Assembly (NCBI GenBank): GCA_963829925.1
Contig: CAWHKQ010000015.1
Location: 354,025-418,024 of the forward strand
Source of the DNA: an uncultured Acidobacteriota bacterium
Lineage (GTDB): Bacteria > Acidobacteriota > Thermoanaerobaculia > UBA5066 > Gp7-AA6
Length of the DNA: 64,000 nt
Direction: 5' to 3'
Shown here: positions 18,655 through 28,373 of the stretch, piece after piece
How the letters are laid out: the number at the start of each line of letters is the position of its first letter
Numbering within the stretch: position 1 is the stretch's first letter
The notes under the pieces: generated by a model
Database searches by the model: none
Told to the model about the DNA's origin: nothing
The model's input: the letters and a program-made list of their open reading frames with translations, nothing else
Translations under genes and position numbers: made by a program

Positions 18655-19848
18655 GTGCGTTCGACGCTCTGCGCGTGGACTCTGCTTCTGGCCGCGTGGA
18701 CGATCGCTTGCTCCTCGGGGCCCCCTCCTCCCGGAGCGTTCTACGGCGCGCCGGACGAAGGGATCGCCGGGCCCGGGCGCGCTGATCCGGTCGGAGGAAA
18801 TGAAGGGCTCGCCGCCCGGCTCCTCGGCCTGGAAGATCCTGTACACGTCGGTCGGCCTCGACGGCCAGCTCATCGAGGTATCCGGCGTCGTGATCGCGCC
18901 GGACCTGCCGCCCCCGACGGCCGGCCGGCACGTCGTGGCGTGGGCGCATCCGACGACAGGAGTCGGCGACCGCTGCGCCCCGTCCGCCTTTCCCGAGTTC
19001 TTCGAGACGATCCCGCACCTGACGGCCCTGATGGCGCTCGACTACGTCGTCGTGGCCACCGACTACCCGGGCCTCGGAACCGCCGGGCCGCACCCGTATC
19101 TCGTCGGCCTCAGTGAGGGGCGCGCCGTCCTGGACTCCGTGCGGGCGGCCCGCAATCTCCCGAAGGCCGGGGCCGGCAAGCGGTTCGCCGCGTGGGGCTA
19201 CTCGCAGGGCGGCCACGCGGCGCTGTTCGCCGGGCAGCTCGCCCGCGAATACGCCGCCGAGCTGACTCTGGCCGGCGTGGCCGCCATCGCGCCGCCGACG
19301 GACCTGGCGGTCGCTCCTGCGGGACGATCTTGCCGAGCGCGCCGGCCGCGTCCTGGGCGCTTACGCGATGTGGTCCTGGTCGCAGTCAGCGGTCTACGGG
19401 GCGCCGCTCGAGCCCTTCATCGCCGCGGGCAGGATCCCGGCGATCGATCGGATCGCCGGCGACTGCATCGAGACGGAAGGCGAGGCGTATCGCGCGGCCT
19501 TCGAGTCGCTCCCTCTTCCGGGGGACTTCGTTGCCGTGGACGCCTTCTCCGAGGAGCCATGGAAGGGTCTCCTGGAGCAGAACCGGCCCGGAGGCGCGCC
19601 GATCGGAGCCCCGATCTACATCGCGCAGGGGTCGGCGGACCCGATCGTGCGTCCCTCCGTAACGGCCGCCTTCATCGATGGGCTCTGCACCCGGGGCGAG
19701 ACCGTCGTCCTCGACGTTCTGGAGGACGCGGGGCACATGCGCGCCGACCGGATCAGCGCGACCGACGCGATCCAGTGGATGCGCGACCGGTTCGACGGCG
19801 TCCGCGCGCCCTCGACCTGTGGCCGCGAGCGGGCCGGCTTTCCCCTAG
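18655..19848 (+). CDS. secretory lipase (LIP family, alpha/beta hydrolase) lipoprotein (at least 2 frameshifts; 3' end uncertain)
   Basis: Lipobox LLAAWTIAC. Matches HVVAWAHPTTGVGDRCAPS, DYPGLGTAGPHPYL and the nucleophile elbow WGYSQGGHA. Later frames read YAMWSWSQSAVYG...IYIAQGSADPIV...WMRDRFDGVRAPSTC. As given, the frame runs on to 20294 across a convergent gene. A 1-nt correction would end it at the TAG at 19846-19848. Confidence 0.65.
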
Positions 19849-20758
19849 GGCGTCGCCGGAGGCGGTGGGGCGGAGTCGCGGCCGGAGTCGGCATCGGCGG
19901 TGGCTTCTCGAAGAGCTTGGCGGTCCACTCCGGCGTTGAACCGGCACTCTTCGAGGATGAGGGTCTGGTCCTTTTCGCCGTTGGTGGTCACTTCCAGCCG
20001 GTGCGCCACGGGGAACCCGTCCACCGCCCGAAAGTCCGAGTAGTCGGACACGATGCTCGCGGTCTTCCCGTCGGGCCCGACCGCGCTGTGCGAGGTCCGG
20101 AGGATGCGCCCGGTCGCCGGGTCCACGAACCAACGGACCTTCATGTCGTCGTAGCGGACGTCCAGGATGGCGGCATCGACGGCGCCGATCTTTCGGTCCC
20201 CGCCTTGGCCGCGACGAGCCTGGGGTCGTCCGCCAGCCGCGCGAGGTGGAGCGGCACCCTCTGGACTTGCCGGAGCAGCTCGTCCCGCATGTAGTCGGGC
20301 AGATCCTGACTGCCAGTCGGGCCGACGACGAAGGCGCCGGCGGGCGTCGCGATCATGGCCAGCCGTCCGAACGGAGCGTCGACCTGCTGCGCGGCGGCCG
20401 ATGATCCTGCCGTCTGGATATCCATGGTCATGTCGCCTTCCGGCGTCTTGGCGGTGATCTGACCCCGGGTTTGAACGTCGCGGACGCCGCGCGCTTTGGC
20501 CGCTCCGCCGAGGCCCTCCACGACCTTCGCGAAAAGGACCTTCCCGGCCGCGAGCGACTCGGGCGAGGGCGGAGTCGGACGGGTGGGAGTCGTCGCGGGC
20601 CGGGCCGGCGTCGCCGCAGGCCGGGCGGGAGTCGCCGCGGCGGGCGCGGGCGTCGTCGCCGGAGCCGGTCTGGTCGGCGTCTGGGCAGGAGCGGCGGCGT
20701 GCAGGACGGACGCGGCGATCACGGCCGCCAGGAGACGGCCGGAAAAGTTCGGGCTCAT
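19845..20758 (-). CDS. secreted protein with a Pro/Thr/Ala-rich linker and a LolA-like (lipoprotein-sorting-like) C-terminal region (one frameshift near 20195)
   Basis: GGAGGAACC precedes the ATG. Signal peptide MSPNFSGRLLAAVIAASVLHAAAPAQ. The low-complexity linker is TPTRPAPATTPAPAAATPARPAATPARPATTPTRPTPP. The C-terminus reads VRYDDMKVRWFVDPATGRILRTSH...FPVAHRLEVTTNGEKDQTLILEECRFNAGV. The fold assignment is a weak recollection. Confidence 0.5.
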
Positions 20759-20879
20759 GGTTCCTCCGAGCGCGGGAGCATATCCCGAAGTAGCATGCCC
20801 GCCGTGCCGCCGCGCCGTGGGGACTCGTTGCTGACCCGCCTCGAGGAGGCGCCGCCACCTCCGTCCCGGGGCGCGCCAT

Positions 20880-22513
20880 GCCGAGAGGTTACTGCGCGAG
20901 GCCAGAAGCCTGCGCCTCGCCGACGCGCGCCGCGTGATCGGCTCCACGAGGCGACTCTCTTCCTGCGCGCCTATCCCCACAGTCCGGGCGTGCTCCGACT
21001 GGCGGAAGACCTTCTCGCGGGCTTCGAGAAACGCGTCGCGGCCCTCGCCGCCGCCGGGGAAGACCTCACGCCCTTCGACGCGCCGGAGGTCGCCGGAATC
21101 GCGGGCACGCGAGGTCGGGACGGATTTCTCGCTCGACGATCGCGCGCCTCCTGACGCTCCGCCACGGCCGGAGCGTCCGGATCGACTGGGACGCGGGCGA
21201 GGAAAGCGACCGCATGCGCGCGACCTGGCCCGCCTTCCTGCCGCTGCTCGAGGAAGAAGCACTGGCCGACGCCAACGTCCCGTATCTCGCGTGGCTCCGG
21301 GCGGCTGCCGGCCGGCGGGTCGCGGATCCCGCCTGGCTGCTGCGGCGCTATGACCGCCTTCCGCTTCCGCCGGACGACCGGGCGGAGCACTTCGACGCCC
21401 TGGGTCTCCCGATCGCCTGGGACCTCGGGGGCTCGCGGGCGTCGCGCACGAAGATGCGCCGGCCCGGTCCGCCGCCCTTCTTCCACGACGCGCCGTTTCT
21501 GGCGCGGCGGGACGTGTCGCTCGATGCCGAGCTCACCGGACGCGCCGCCTCGACTCCGCCGTCTCTCGCGCGAGCGAGGGAGAGCGGCTCTGCGACATGG
21601 TGCGCGACACCACGGCCGCGCGCTATCGCGAGCTCTACCAGTTCACCTTCGCGGATCCGACCTCGGTCGTGGCGGCCCGGCCGGGCCGGGGCGTCGAGAT
21701 GTTTCTCGTCGGAGTCCGGCCCGACAGAAGGCTTCCCCTGCGCGCCGCCTACGGAGGCTTCGTCGTCAAGAACGGCGTGCCCGATCGGCTACACCGAGGG
21801 CCTCGCGTTTCTCGAGCGCCTCGAGATCGGGTTCAACATGTACTACACGTTCCGGGAAGGCGAGTCGGCGCTGGCTCTACGCCCAGATGCTCCTGAGGCT
21901 CCACCGGGACGTGCTCGGCGTGACGTCCTTCTCGGCCGATCCCTACCAGATCGGACACGAGAACTCCGAGGCGATCGAGTCGGGCGCGTTCTGGTTCTAC
22001 CGAAAGCTCGGTTTCCGTCCGACGCGACTCGGGGGTGCGACGGATCCTCGCGGCGCGAGGAGCGCGGCTCCGGCCGATCCCGCGTACCGGTCCTCGCCCG
22101 CCACGCTGCGCCGCCTGGTGACGCACAACCTGATGTACGAGGCGCCCGGCGCGCCGAGCGGCGCCTGGGACCGGTTCCACATCCGCAACCTCGGCCTCGC
22201 CGTGAACCGGAAAATGGCTCGCGAGTTCGGCGGCGAGGCGGCGAGGCTGCGCCGGTCGGCCGAGAAGCGCGTCGCGAAGGCTCTCGAACTGCGGCCGTCG
22301 TCCCTCTCGGCGCTGGAGCTCCAGGGCGTTCCGGGAGTTCGCGCTGGTCCTGGATCTCATCCCCGATCTTCCGCGGTGGAAACGCGGAGAGCGCCGCGGA
22401 CGTGGCCGAGATCGTGCCGGGCCAAGGCCGGGCGCTACGAGCGCGCCTACCTGCGGCGGCTGCAGCGGCACCTGCGGCTGCGCGAGGCGTTGATCCGGCT
22501 TAGGAGCTCTTAG
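20880..22513 (+). CDS. conserved hypothetical protein, heavily frame-disrupted (at least 5 frame changes), possibly with a GNAT-like C-terminal region
   Basis: Protein-like segments are spread over three frames. They include LFLRAYPHSPGVLRLAEDLLAGFEKRV, RIDWDAGEESDRMRATWPAFLPLLEEEALADANVPYLAWL, RYRELYQFTFADPTSVV, GFVVKNGVPIGYTEGLAFLERLEIGFNMYYTFREGES, and HENSEAIESGAFWFYRKLGFRP (GNAT motif-like). Start and function are unknown. Confidence 0.35.
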
Positions 22514-22568
22514 GTCCCCGATTCTCAAGAAGGGTAATTGTTCCGTCGACGCGTCAACGGGCGGGAAG

Positions 22569-22605
22569 CTTACCCCCTCTCCCGGCGGGAGAGGGTTGGG
22601 GTAAG
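22569..22605. repeat. GC-rich hairpin repeat (CCCTCTCCC-GGC-GGGAGAGGG core, 22575-22595)
   Basis: A perfect 9-bp stem with a 3-nt loop, read directly. An alternative outer pairing CTTACCCC/GGGGTAAG is also possible. Confidence 0.8.
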
Positions 22606-22666
22606 GGGTAGGCTTGTCAGCCGAGGCGTAAGCATTTTCTCTGGTGGGCCGCTGTTCTGAACCGCC

Positions 22667-23724
22667 TCACCCTGCCCTCTCCCCTCGGGGGAGAGGGATT
22701 TCGCTTGGCGATGCGGGTTTGTTCCGCAACGCGACGACCTGGGCGACGATCGCCAGGGCGATCTCCTCGGGCGAGCGGCCGCCGAGGGGCAGGCCGATCG
22801 GGGCGTGGAGACGCGCGAGCTCCTGCCTCCGTCACACCCGCGGCGAGCAGGCGCTCGCGGCGCTTCTCGTGCGTGCGGCGGCTGCCCAGCGCTCCAACGT
22901 AGAAGGCGGGGCTGCGCAGCGCCGCCGTCAGCGCCGGATCGTCCAGCTTCGGATCGTGGGTCAGCACGGCGATGGCCGTCGAGGAGTTGGCTCGCGACGT
23001 TCCCGAGCGCGGCATCCGGCCAGTCGGACACGATCTCGTCCGCGTGCGGAAAGCGCTTCGCGTTGGCGAAGGACTCCCGCGGATCGACGACGATCGTCCG
23101 GAAGCCGAGGAGTCTTCGCTAGCGTGACGAGCGGAATGGCGACATGCACCCCGCCCACGATCACCATGCGGGGGAGGGGAGAAGCACGTCGACGAAGAGC
23201 TCGGTCTCCCCGAGCGAGACGCGGCGGCTCACGCCCTCCGCGAGGGCGGTGCGCGCCGCGGCGAGGGTGGCGTCGTCGGCGGTCCCCGCCGTGCTCCCGT
23301 CGGCGAAGAGGGCGAGCTTGTTCCCGAGGAGTGCGTCCGGTCCGCGAATGACTGTGGCGACGGCGGCGGGGCGCTCCTGAAGCAGCGCCTCCCGCACCGG
23401 GTCGAAGATGTCCTCTCCCAGCGGCTCGACGAAGACTTCGATCGTGCCGCCGCACGCCAGCCCCACGCTCCACGCGGTGTCGTCCGAAATCCCGAAGTGG
23501 AGCAGCTGCGGCACCCGGGACGCGAGCGTTTTCTGCGCGGCCTCGACCACGGCATTCTCGACGCAGCCTCCCGACACCGAGCCCGAGATGCTCCCGTCCG
23601 CGCTGACAGCCATCTTCCCGCCGGCCGCCCGGGGCGCCGAACCCCAAGTTTCGACGACTGTCGCGAGCGCGATCGGGCGGCCCTCGTCCCGCCAGCGATC
23701 GATGTCGGAAAGGATGTCGCGCAT
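22667..23724 (-). CDS. XdhC/CoxI-family accessory protein (at least 3 frame changes)
   Basis: Matches MRDILSDIDRWRDEGRPIALATVVETWGSAPRAAGGKMAVSADGSISGSVSGGCVE. Later segments in other frames read MVIVGGVHVAIPLVTLAK, AVLTHDPKLDDPALTAALRSPAFYVGALGSRRTHEKRRERL and PIGLPLGGRSPEEIALAIVAQVVALR. Confidence 0.7.
22675..22697. repeat. GC-rich hairpin repeat (CCCTCTCCCC-TCG-GGGGAGAGGG)
   Basis: A perfect 10-bp stem with a 3-nt loop. It is related to the hairpin 80 bp upstream. It lies inside the last ~10 codons of the reconstructed XdhC-like ORF. Confidence 0.8.
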
Positions 23725-23734
23725 GGCGGGACGA

Positions 23735-26028
23735 TTATGACTTCTGCAGCCGCTCGAGCTCCAGCAGGATGGGATGGTCCGCATCAGCGAGGGCGAGGAG
23801 CCTCCGGAGGTCCGCCTCGACGGCGCGTGCGTCTTCGCCGCGGCCGACTCTTCGATACAAGCGGGCGAGCTCGAATCGCGCTCTCATCCAATAGGGCCCG
23901 GAGTTGTTGTTGATGATCGCCTGAAACTTCCTCTGCGAGGCTCGCTCCAGAGCGTGGATAGCGCGGCTCGCGTCTCCCCTTTTCTCGAAGGCCGATGCGA
24001 GCGACTCCGCGCCCAGGAAGAAGCTGGGCGATTGTCGATTCCACTCCGGCGCGAGGCTGGCGCCCTCTCAGCTCGGCGATCGCAGACTCGAGGTTTCCGT
24101 GCTCGAGCGCGATCTCACCCGGAACGTGAGATTGAAGGCTATCGTCCTGTCCCTGAACTGCTTTCACGAAGCGGCGAGCCTCCGACGTCAGGCCGGCGCG
24201 GGCCTGCAGGATCGCGATCGCCTCCCACCAACCGGGTGAAGGACCCCGAGGTTGCGATCTCCGGGGAATCGCAGCTGGTTCTCGAGCGAGCGCCCGTCGC
24301 CTCGGAAGAAAGGAATCTGCGCAAGGGCGTCGTTGCGAATGATTGGATCGTAAATCTTCTTGGCCGCCCTCGAGGCTGTTTCGATGCGACCGAGCGTCAA
24401 GTTGCCCAGAACGTTTTTCACGGCGAACATTCCCTGGGGCCTCGACCCAGCGAGTCGAGCTTCGCCGCCACGCGGTCGAGTTCGGAAGCCGCCGCCTCGA
24501 CGTCTCCCTTGAGCCAGAACTGCGTGAAGGGCAGATCCATCCAGCTCGCGGCCCAGCGGTCCCGTTCCATCACCTCTGGCGTCAACAGCCCTTTGGCTCG
24601 CCGCAGGTAGGGCTCGGCGCGGGCCGGATCGCGCTTCCACACCACGAAGTTGTAGCCGGCGTGCCAGTTGAAGTTGAAGCTTCTCGGGTGGGCGTCCGCG
24701 AGGCGGGCCTCGATCTGCACGGCTTTGTCCAGATCCTGTGGCAGGTCGTAGAGACTGGTCAGGCCCCCGACCGCCCACCCGTGGTCGGGATGAAGGCTCA
24801 CGAGCGCTTCCCAGGCTGCGATCGCCCTTTCCCTGTCCCCGAGGAAATAGTAGTAACTGCCTCGGATGAAATACCGCTCGCGCTCCGTAGTCGCGTCGGA
24901 AAGACGGAATGCGGTCTCGGCGTAGGGCAGGTAGTCCTCAGGCGGGCGGCTCTGATTCTTGAGGGCGTGCGCCAGGTGAATGTAGGCCGAAGCGAAGCTG
25001 GAATCCTCGGCCACCGCCTGTCGCAGGAGCTCTTCGGCGCTCGACTGGCCGTCATGAAACTGCGCCACGCCGCCCGCCATGAGGGCGTCCGCCCGGGAGT
25101 AGAGTTGGAGCGCCCGCAGGTTGGAGGTCGTGACCTTCGCGAGATGCGCCCCATCCTGGCCGGCCGGGTGTACCTCGCCGAGCCACGACCGAACGCGGTC
25201 GGAAATGCGTCTCATAGCCGCCAGGGAACCTTCCGTTCCTGAGCTGTCCTCGCTGAAACCGGCGAGAACAGTTCCCTGCTTCGGATCGACGAGCTCGACG
25301 CTGAAGACATACTTCCGACCGAGCTTCTCGACCCGGCCGGTGAGTAGGGCGCGTATCTCTCCGTCTCTCAGGCAGACCTCGCGTGCCAGGGTCGCGTCGA
25401 GCCTGGCGTCGAGCGGTTTTCTCATCAGCCGCAGGGCGTCACTGACTCGATCGCGCGAGACCACGGCGACGTGGCGAGAGTTGGAAAGCTCTCTACCGAG
25501 CGCGTAATCGAGCGTCCCGTCGAACAGCGGCTCCCCGGTGCGGTTTTCGAAAGCCGCCACGAGAACCCAGTCCCGCGCATGGAAGGGAAGTGGCCGCACC
25601 GATCCGCTGTCGGAGCCCGAACCGTTCCGGGAGAGCAAGGCGATCAGACCCGTCGCCAGAGCCGCTGCGACAAATCCGACCGCCACCCACGTGGCTCTTC
25701 GGGGCCTGCGAGGCGGAGGAGGAGGGACAAGCTCCCGGGCCACCTCGGCCGTGACGGGCTCGGCCGGCACAACCAGCGCCTCTTCCGCGCCGTTCTGCGC
25801 TGCGAGGATCGCCCCCCGCTCCTTCCACCAAGCATCGAGCTCGGGTGCAAACGCGTACACCGTGCCGGCTTTTCCGTGAAGGTGCCGACGCACGGGCATT
25901 CCCTCTTCCGCTTCCCACCGCTGAACGCTGCGGACGCTTTTTCGCAGGTAGGAGGCAATCTCCTTCCAGGAGTCGAGCCGGCCGCCGGCAGGCGAGGCCT
26001 GCCGGGACTCGGCGGAGGGGTCGTCCAC
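23735..26028 (-). CDS. membrane-anchored one-component regulator A: N-terminal HTH, TM helix, periplasmic alpha/beta module and TPR-like region (at least 3 frame changes in the 3' third)
   Basis: The N-terminus RLDSWKEIASYLRKSVRSVQRWEAEEGMPVRRH is an excisionase/MerR-like HTH. A Pro-rich linker follows. The TM helix is WVAVGFVAAALATGLIALL. The next domain reads WVLVAAFENRTGEPLFDGTLDYALGRELS. The TPR-like remainder is colinear with regulator B through frames ending ...DADHPILLELERLQKS, with the stop at 23735-23737. Confidence 0.7.
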
Positions 26029-26247
26029 GGGCGTTTCTCGGCTCGAAGTCTATCCGTGAAGGCGAGGACGCGGGCCGAGTCGCGCCAAGGCACGCCATAC
26101 GACCGATGGCGCACCTTGACGCTTGCGGGCCGTCGCCGCGCACAGGAGGCTGCGAATGCTCACTCTCAACGAAAAGGAGGAAAGCAGCGTGTCAGCCCGA
26201 CGTGTCACGGACAACATCAACGTTTGTAAAGGATTAGGAGCCCCTCC

Positions 26248-26883
26248 ATGCACTCGAAGAGAATTCTCATCGCCTCGAGTCTGGTCTTGGCACCCGCAGC
26301 GATCGCGGTTTTCAGCGCATCGCTCTTCGCGAGGCCGCCCAAGCCGCAACCGCCGATTCCGGTGACGGCGACCTACCGCGACGATCCAGCCGACGCTCTT
26401 CGAAGCGATGGCGGCGGATCCTACGCGACCTCCCTTCCTGCGGACGGTAGCCGGCTCTTTTTCACACACAATTCCTGCTACTTCGAAACAACGGCCTTCG
26501 ACGACGGTGCTGATTGCCTCGAAGGGAATCTGGCCGATGGTTTCTCGATGTGCGGCGGGGGAGAGATCGTGGTGACTCCCCAGTTCGAGAGTTTCTTCGC
26601 GATGACCGCCGGGGAGACGCAACCCGCCGATGCGACGGCGAGGATCGTCGGAAACGACAACTTCCGGTATTTCGTCCGCTTCAAGCCGACCGACACCCTG
26701 GTTTCCGGTCCCAACTGCTCGTCGCAGGTCACGATCACGCGGATCGATGCGACCCACTGGGAGATCGAGGGCTTCGCCGACGACGTCGCTCGGGTGCTGA
26801 CCAACAAGATCCAGGGAGGCGGCGGCTACACGAACCGCGGCCATTACCTCGCGCCGTTCAAGATCAGCGTGTCTCAACCCTGA
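26248..26883 (+). CDS. small secreted protein, family P member 1
   Basis: AGGAG RBS. Signal peptide MHSKRILIASSLVLAPAAIAVFSASLFA. It carries the shared motif DALRSDGGGSY and the shared C-terminal pattern THWEIEGF...HYLAPFKISVSQP. It is divergent from regulator A. Confidence 0.65.
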   Translation: MHSKRILIASSLVLAPAAIAVFSASLFARPPKPQPPIPVTATYRDDPADALRSDGGGSYATSLPADGSRLFFTHNSCYFETTAFDDGADCLEGNLADGFSMCGGGEIVVTPQFESFFAMTAGETQPADATARIVGNDNFRYFVRFKPTDTLVSGPNCSSQVTITRIDATHWEIEGFADDVARVLTNKIQGGGGYTNRGHYLAPFKISVSQP

Positions 26884-26989
26884 CGACTCGACAATGCCGA
26901 GTTGAGAGCGGCGTGGAGCCTGGCGAGAGGGCTCTGCGTCGTCTCTCCCTCGAAGTCTTCCAAGCGGCATGGCGAAGTGAGGTGGTGTT

Positions 26990-28285
26990 ATGAAGGTCCC
27001 TTGCTTTCTCTTCGTGCTGTCCGTTCTCGTCGACGCAGCGGCCGTCGGCCAGGAATTCACGGAGTACCCAGGAGCCACGACTCCGATCCAGATCGTAGCG
27101 GGCCCCGACGGGAATCTCTGGTTCACTGAGTTCTCGAGGTTCGGAAACGCGATCGGACGAATAACTCTCGCCGGTGAAATTACGAAGTTCCATATCCCGA
27201 CCGTTCGGGCCTTGCCAGTCGGCATCACCGCGGGACCAGACGGCAACCTCTGGTTTGCCGAATCCGAAGGGAACAAGATCGGCCGCATTACGCCTTCCGG
27301 CGAGATCACCGAGTTTCCGCTTCCGGTCGCCGGGAGGTTTCCAGGAATGATCACGGCCGGCCCCGACCAGAACCTCTGGTTCACGGACGGCATGTCGGTC
27401 TGGCGGTTGACAACCGCCGGGGCTTTCACGGAGTTCCCGCTCCCCTTGCCTGCCTACGGTGGCGGGGCGATCACCACGGGTCCCGACGGGAACCTGTGGT
27501 TCGCTGGGAGCTTCGCTCAGAAAATCGGGCGAATCACGCCGGCCGGCGCTTTGACCGAATTTCCTCTCCCCGCCTTTTCGTACCCCTTCGGCATTGTCAC
27601 GGGGTCCGACGGGGCGCTGTGGTTCACGGAGTCGGGCTTTCCCGGGAAGATCGGTCGGATCACGACCTCCGGCACGATCACCGAGTTTCCGGTTCCCACG
27701 CCGCGCGGCGTCGAGTCGACCCCGAGTATCGTGGCCGGCCTCGACGGGAGTCTCTACTTCGCCGAGCCCGGCGCAAGCCAGATCGGACGCATCACGACGT
27801 CGGGCGTGATCACGGAGTTTCCGCTGCCGACTCCAGGGTATTTCGAGGGGATAGCGCTGGGCCCCGACGGCGCGATCTGGATCGCCGAGTATCAAGCGGG
27901 TCAGATCGGTCGGATGTCGACGGGCGCCCCCGTGACCTGCGACGCGGACGCCACGACGATGTGCCTGAATGCCGGCCGTTTTCGCGTCACTGCCGAGTGG
28001 AGGAAGGCCGACGGGACTACCGGCCAGGGCCAGGCCGTTCCGCTGACTTCCGACTCGGGCTACTTCTGGTTCTTCAACGCCGCGAACATCGAAGCCGTCG
28101 TCAAGGTCCTGGATGCCTGCTCCTTGAACGGTCACCACTGGGTTTTCGCTGCCGGTCTGACGAACGTGGAAGTCTCCCTTCGGGTCTTCGACACCTTCGC
28201 CGGCTCACTCAAGACCTACGTGAACCAGCTGGGCACGGCCTTTCAGCCGATCCAGGATGCCTCGGCGTTCGCGACTTGCCCGTGA
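26990..28285 (+). CDS. secreted Vgb-like (streptogramin-lyase-type) beta-propeller repeat protein with a conserved Cys-bracketed C-terminal domain
   Basis: Signal peptide MKVPCFLFVLSVLVDAAAVG. About 7 repeats of GPDGNLWFTE...IGRITP.GEITEFPLP are present. The C-terminal ~115 aa read CLNAGRFRVTAEWRK...GYFWFFNAANIEAVVKVLDAC...FQPIQDASAFATCP. Confidence 0.8.
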   Translation: MKVPCFLFVLSVLVDAAAVGQEFTEYPGATTPIQIVAGPDGNLWFTEFSRFGNAIGRITLAGEITKFHIPTVRALPVGITAGPDGNLWFAESEGNKIGRITPSGEITEFPLPVAGRFPGMITAGPDQNLWFTDGMSVWRLTTAGAFTEFPLPLPAYGGGAITTGPDGNLWFAGSFAQKIGRITPAGALTEFPLPAFSYPFGIVTGSDGALWFTESGFPGKIGRITTSGTITEFPVPTPRGVESTPSIVAGLDGSLYFAEPGASQIGRITTSGVITEFPLPTPGYFEGIALGPDGAIWIAEYQAGQIGRMSTGAPVTCDADATTMCLNAGRFRVTAEWRKADGTTGQGQAVPLTSDSGYFWFFNAANIEAVVKVLDACSLNGHHWVFAAGLTNVEVSLRVFDTFAGSLKTYVNQLGTAFQPIQDASAFATCP

Positions 28286-28373
28286 CCTGATTCGAGGCGA
28301 GCGAGTACTGGACCGAGCCCGGCGGTAGTCGACTGCGGTGGTCCGCGGTAGCGCCCGCACCTCGTGAAGAGTC

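Noticed and set aside
19849-20294. Continuation of the lipase frame for ~150 codons beyond the conserved ...RAPSTC end
   Set aside because: The extension is antisense to the well-supported secreted-protein gene (19845-20758) and is low complexity. A single indel before the TAG at 19846-19848 would give a normal LIP-family C-terminus.
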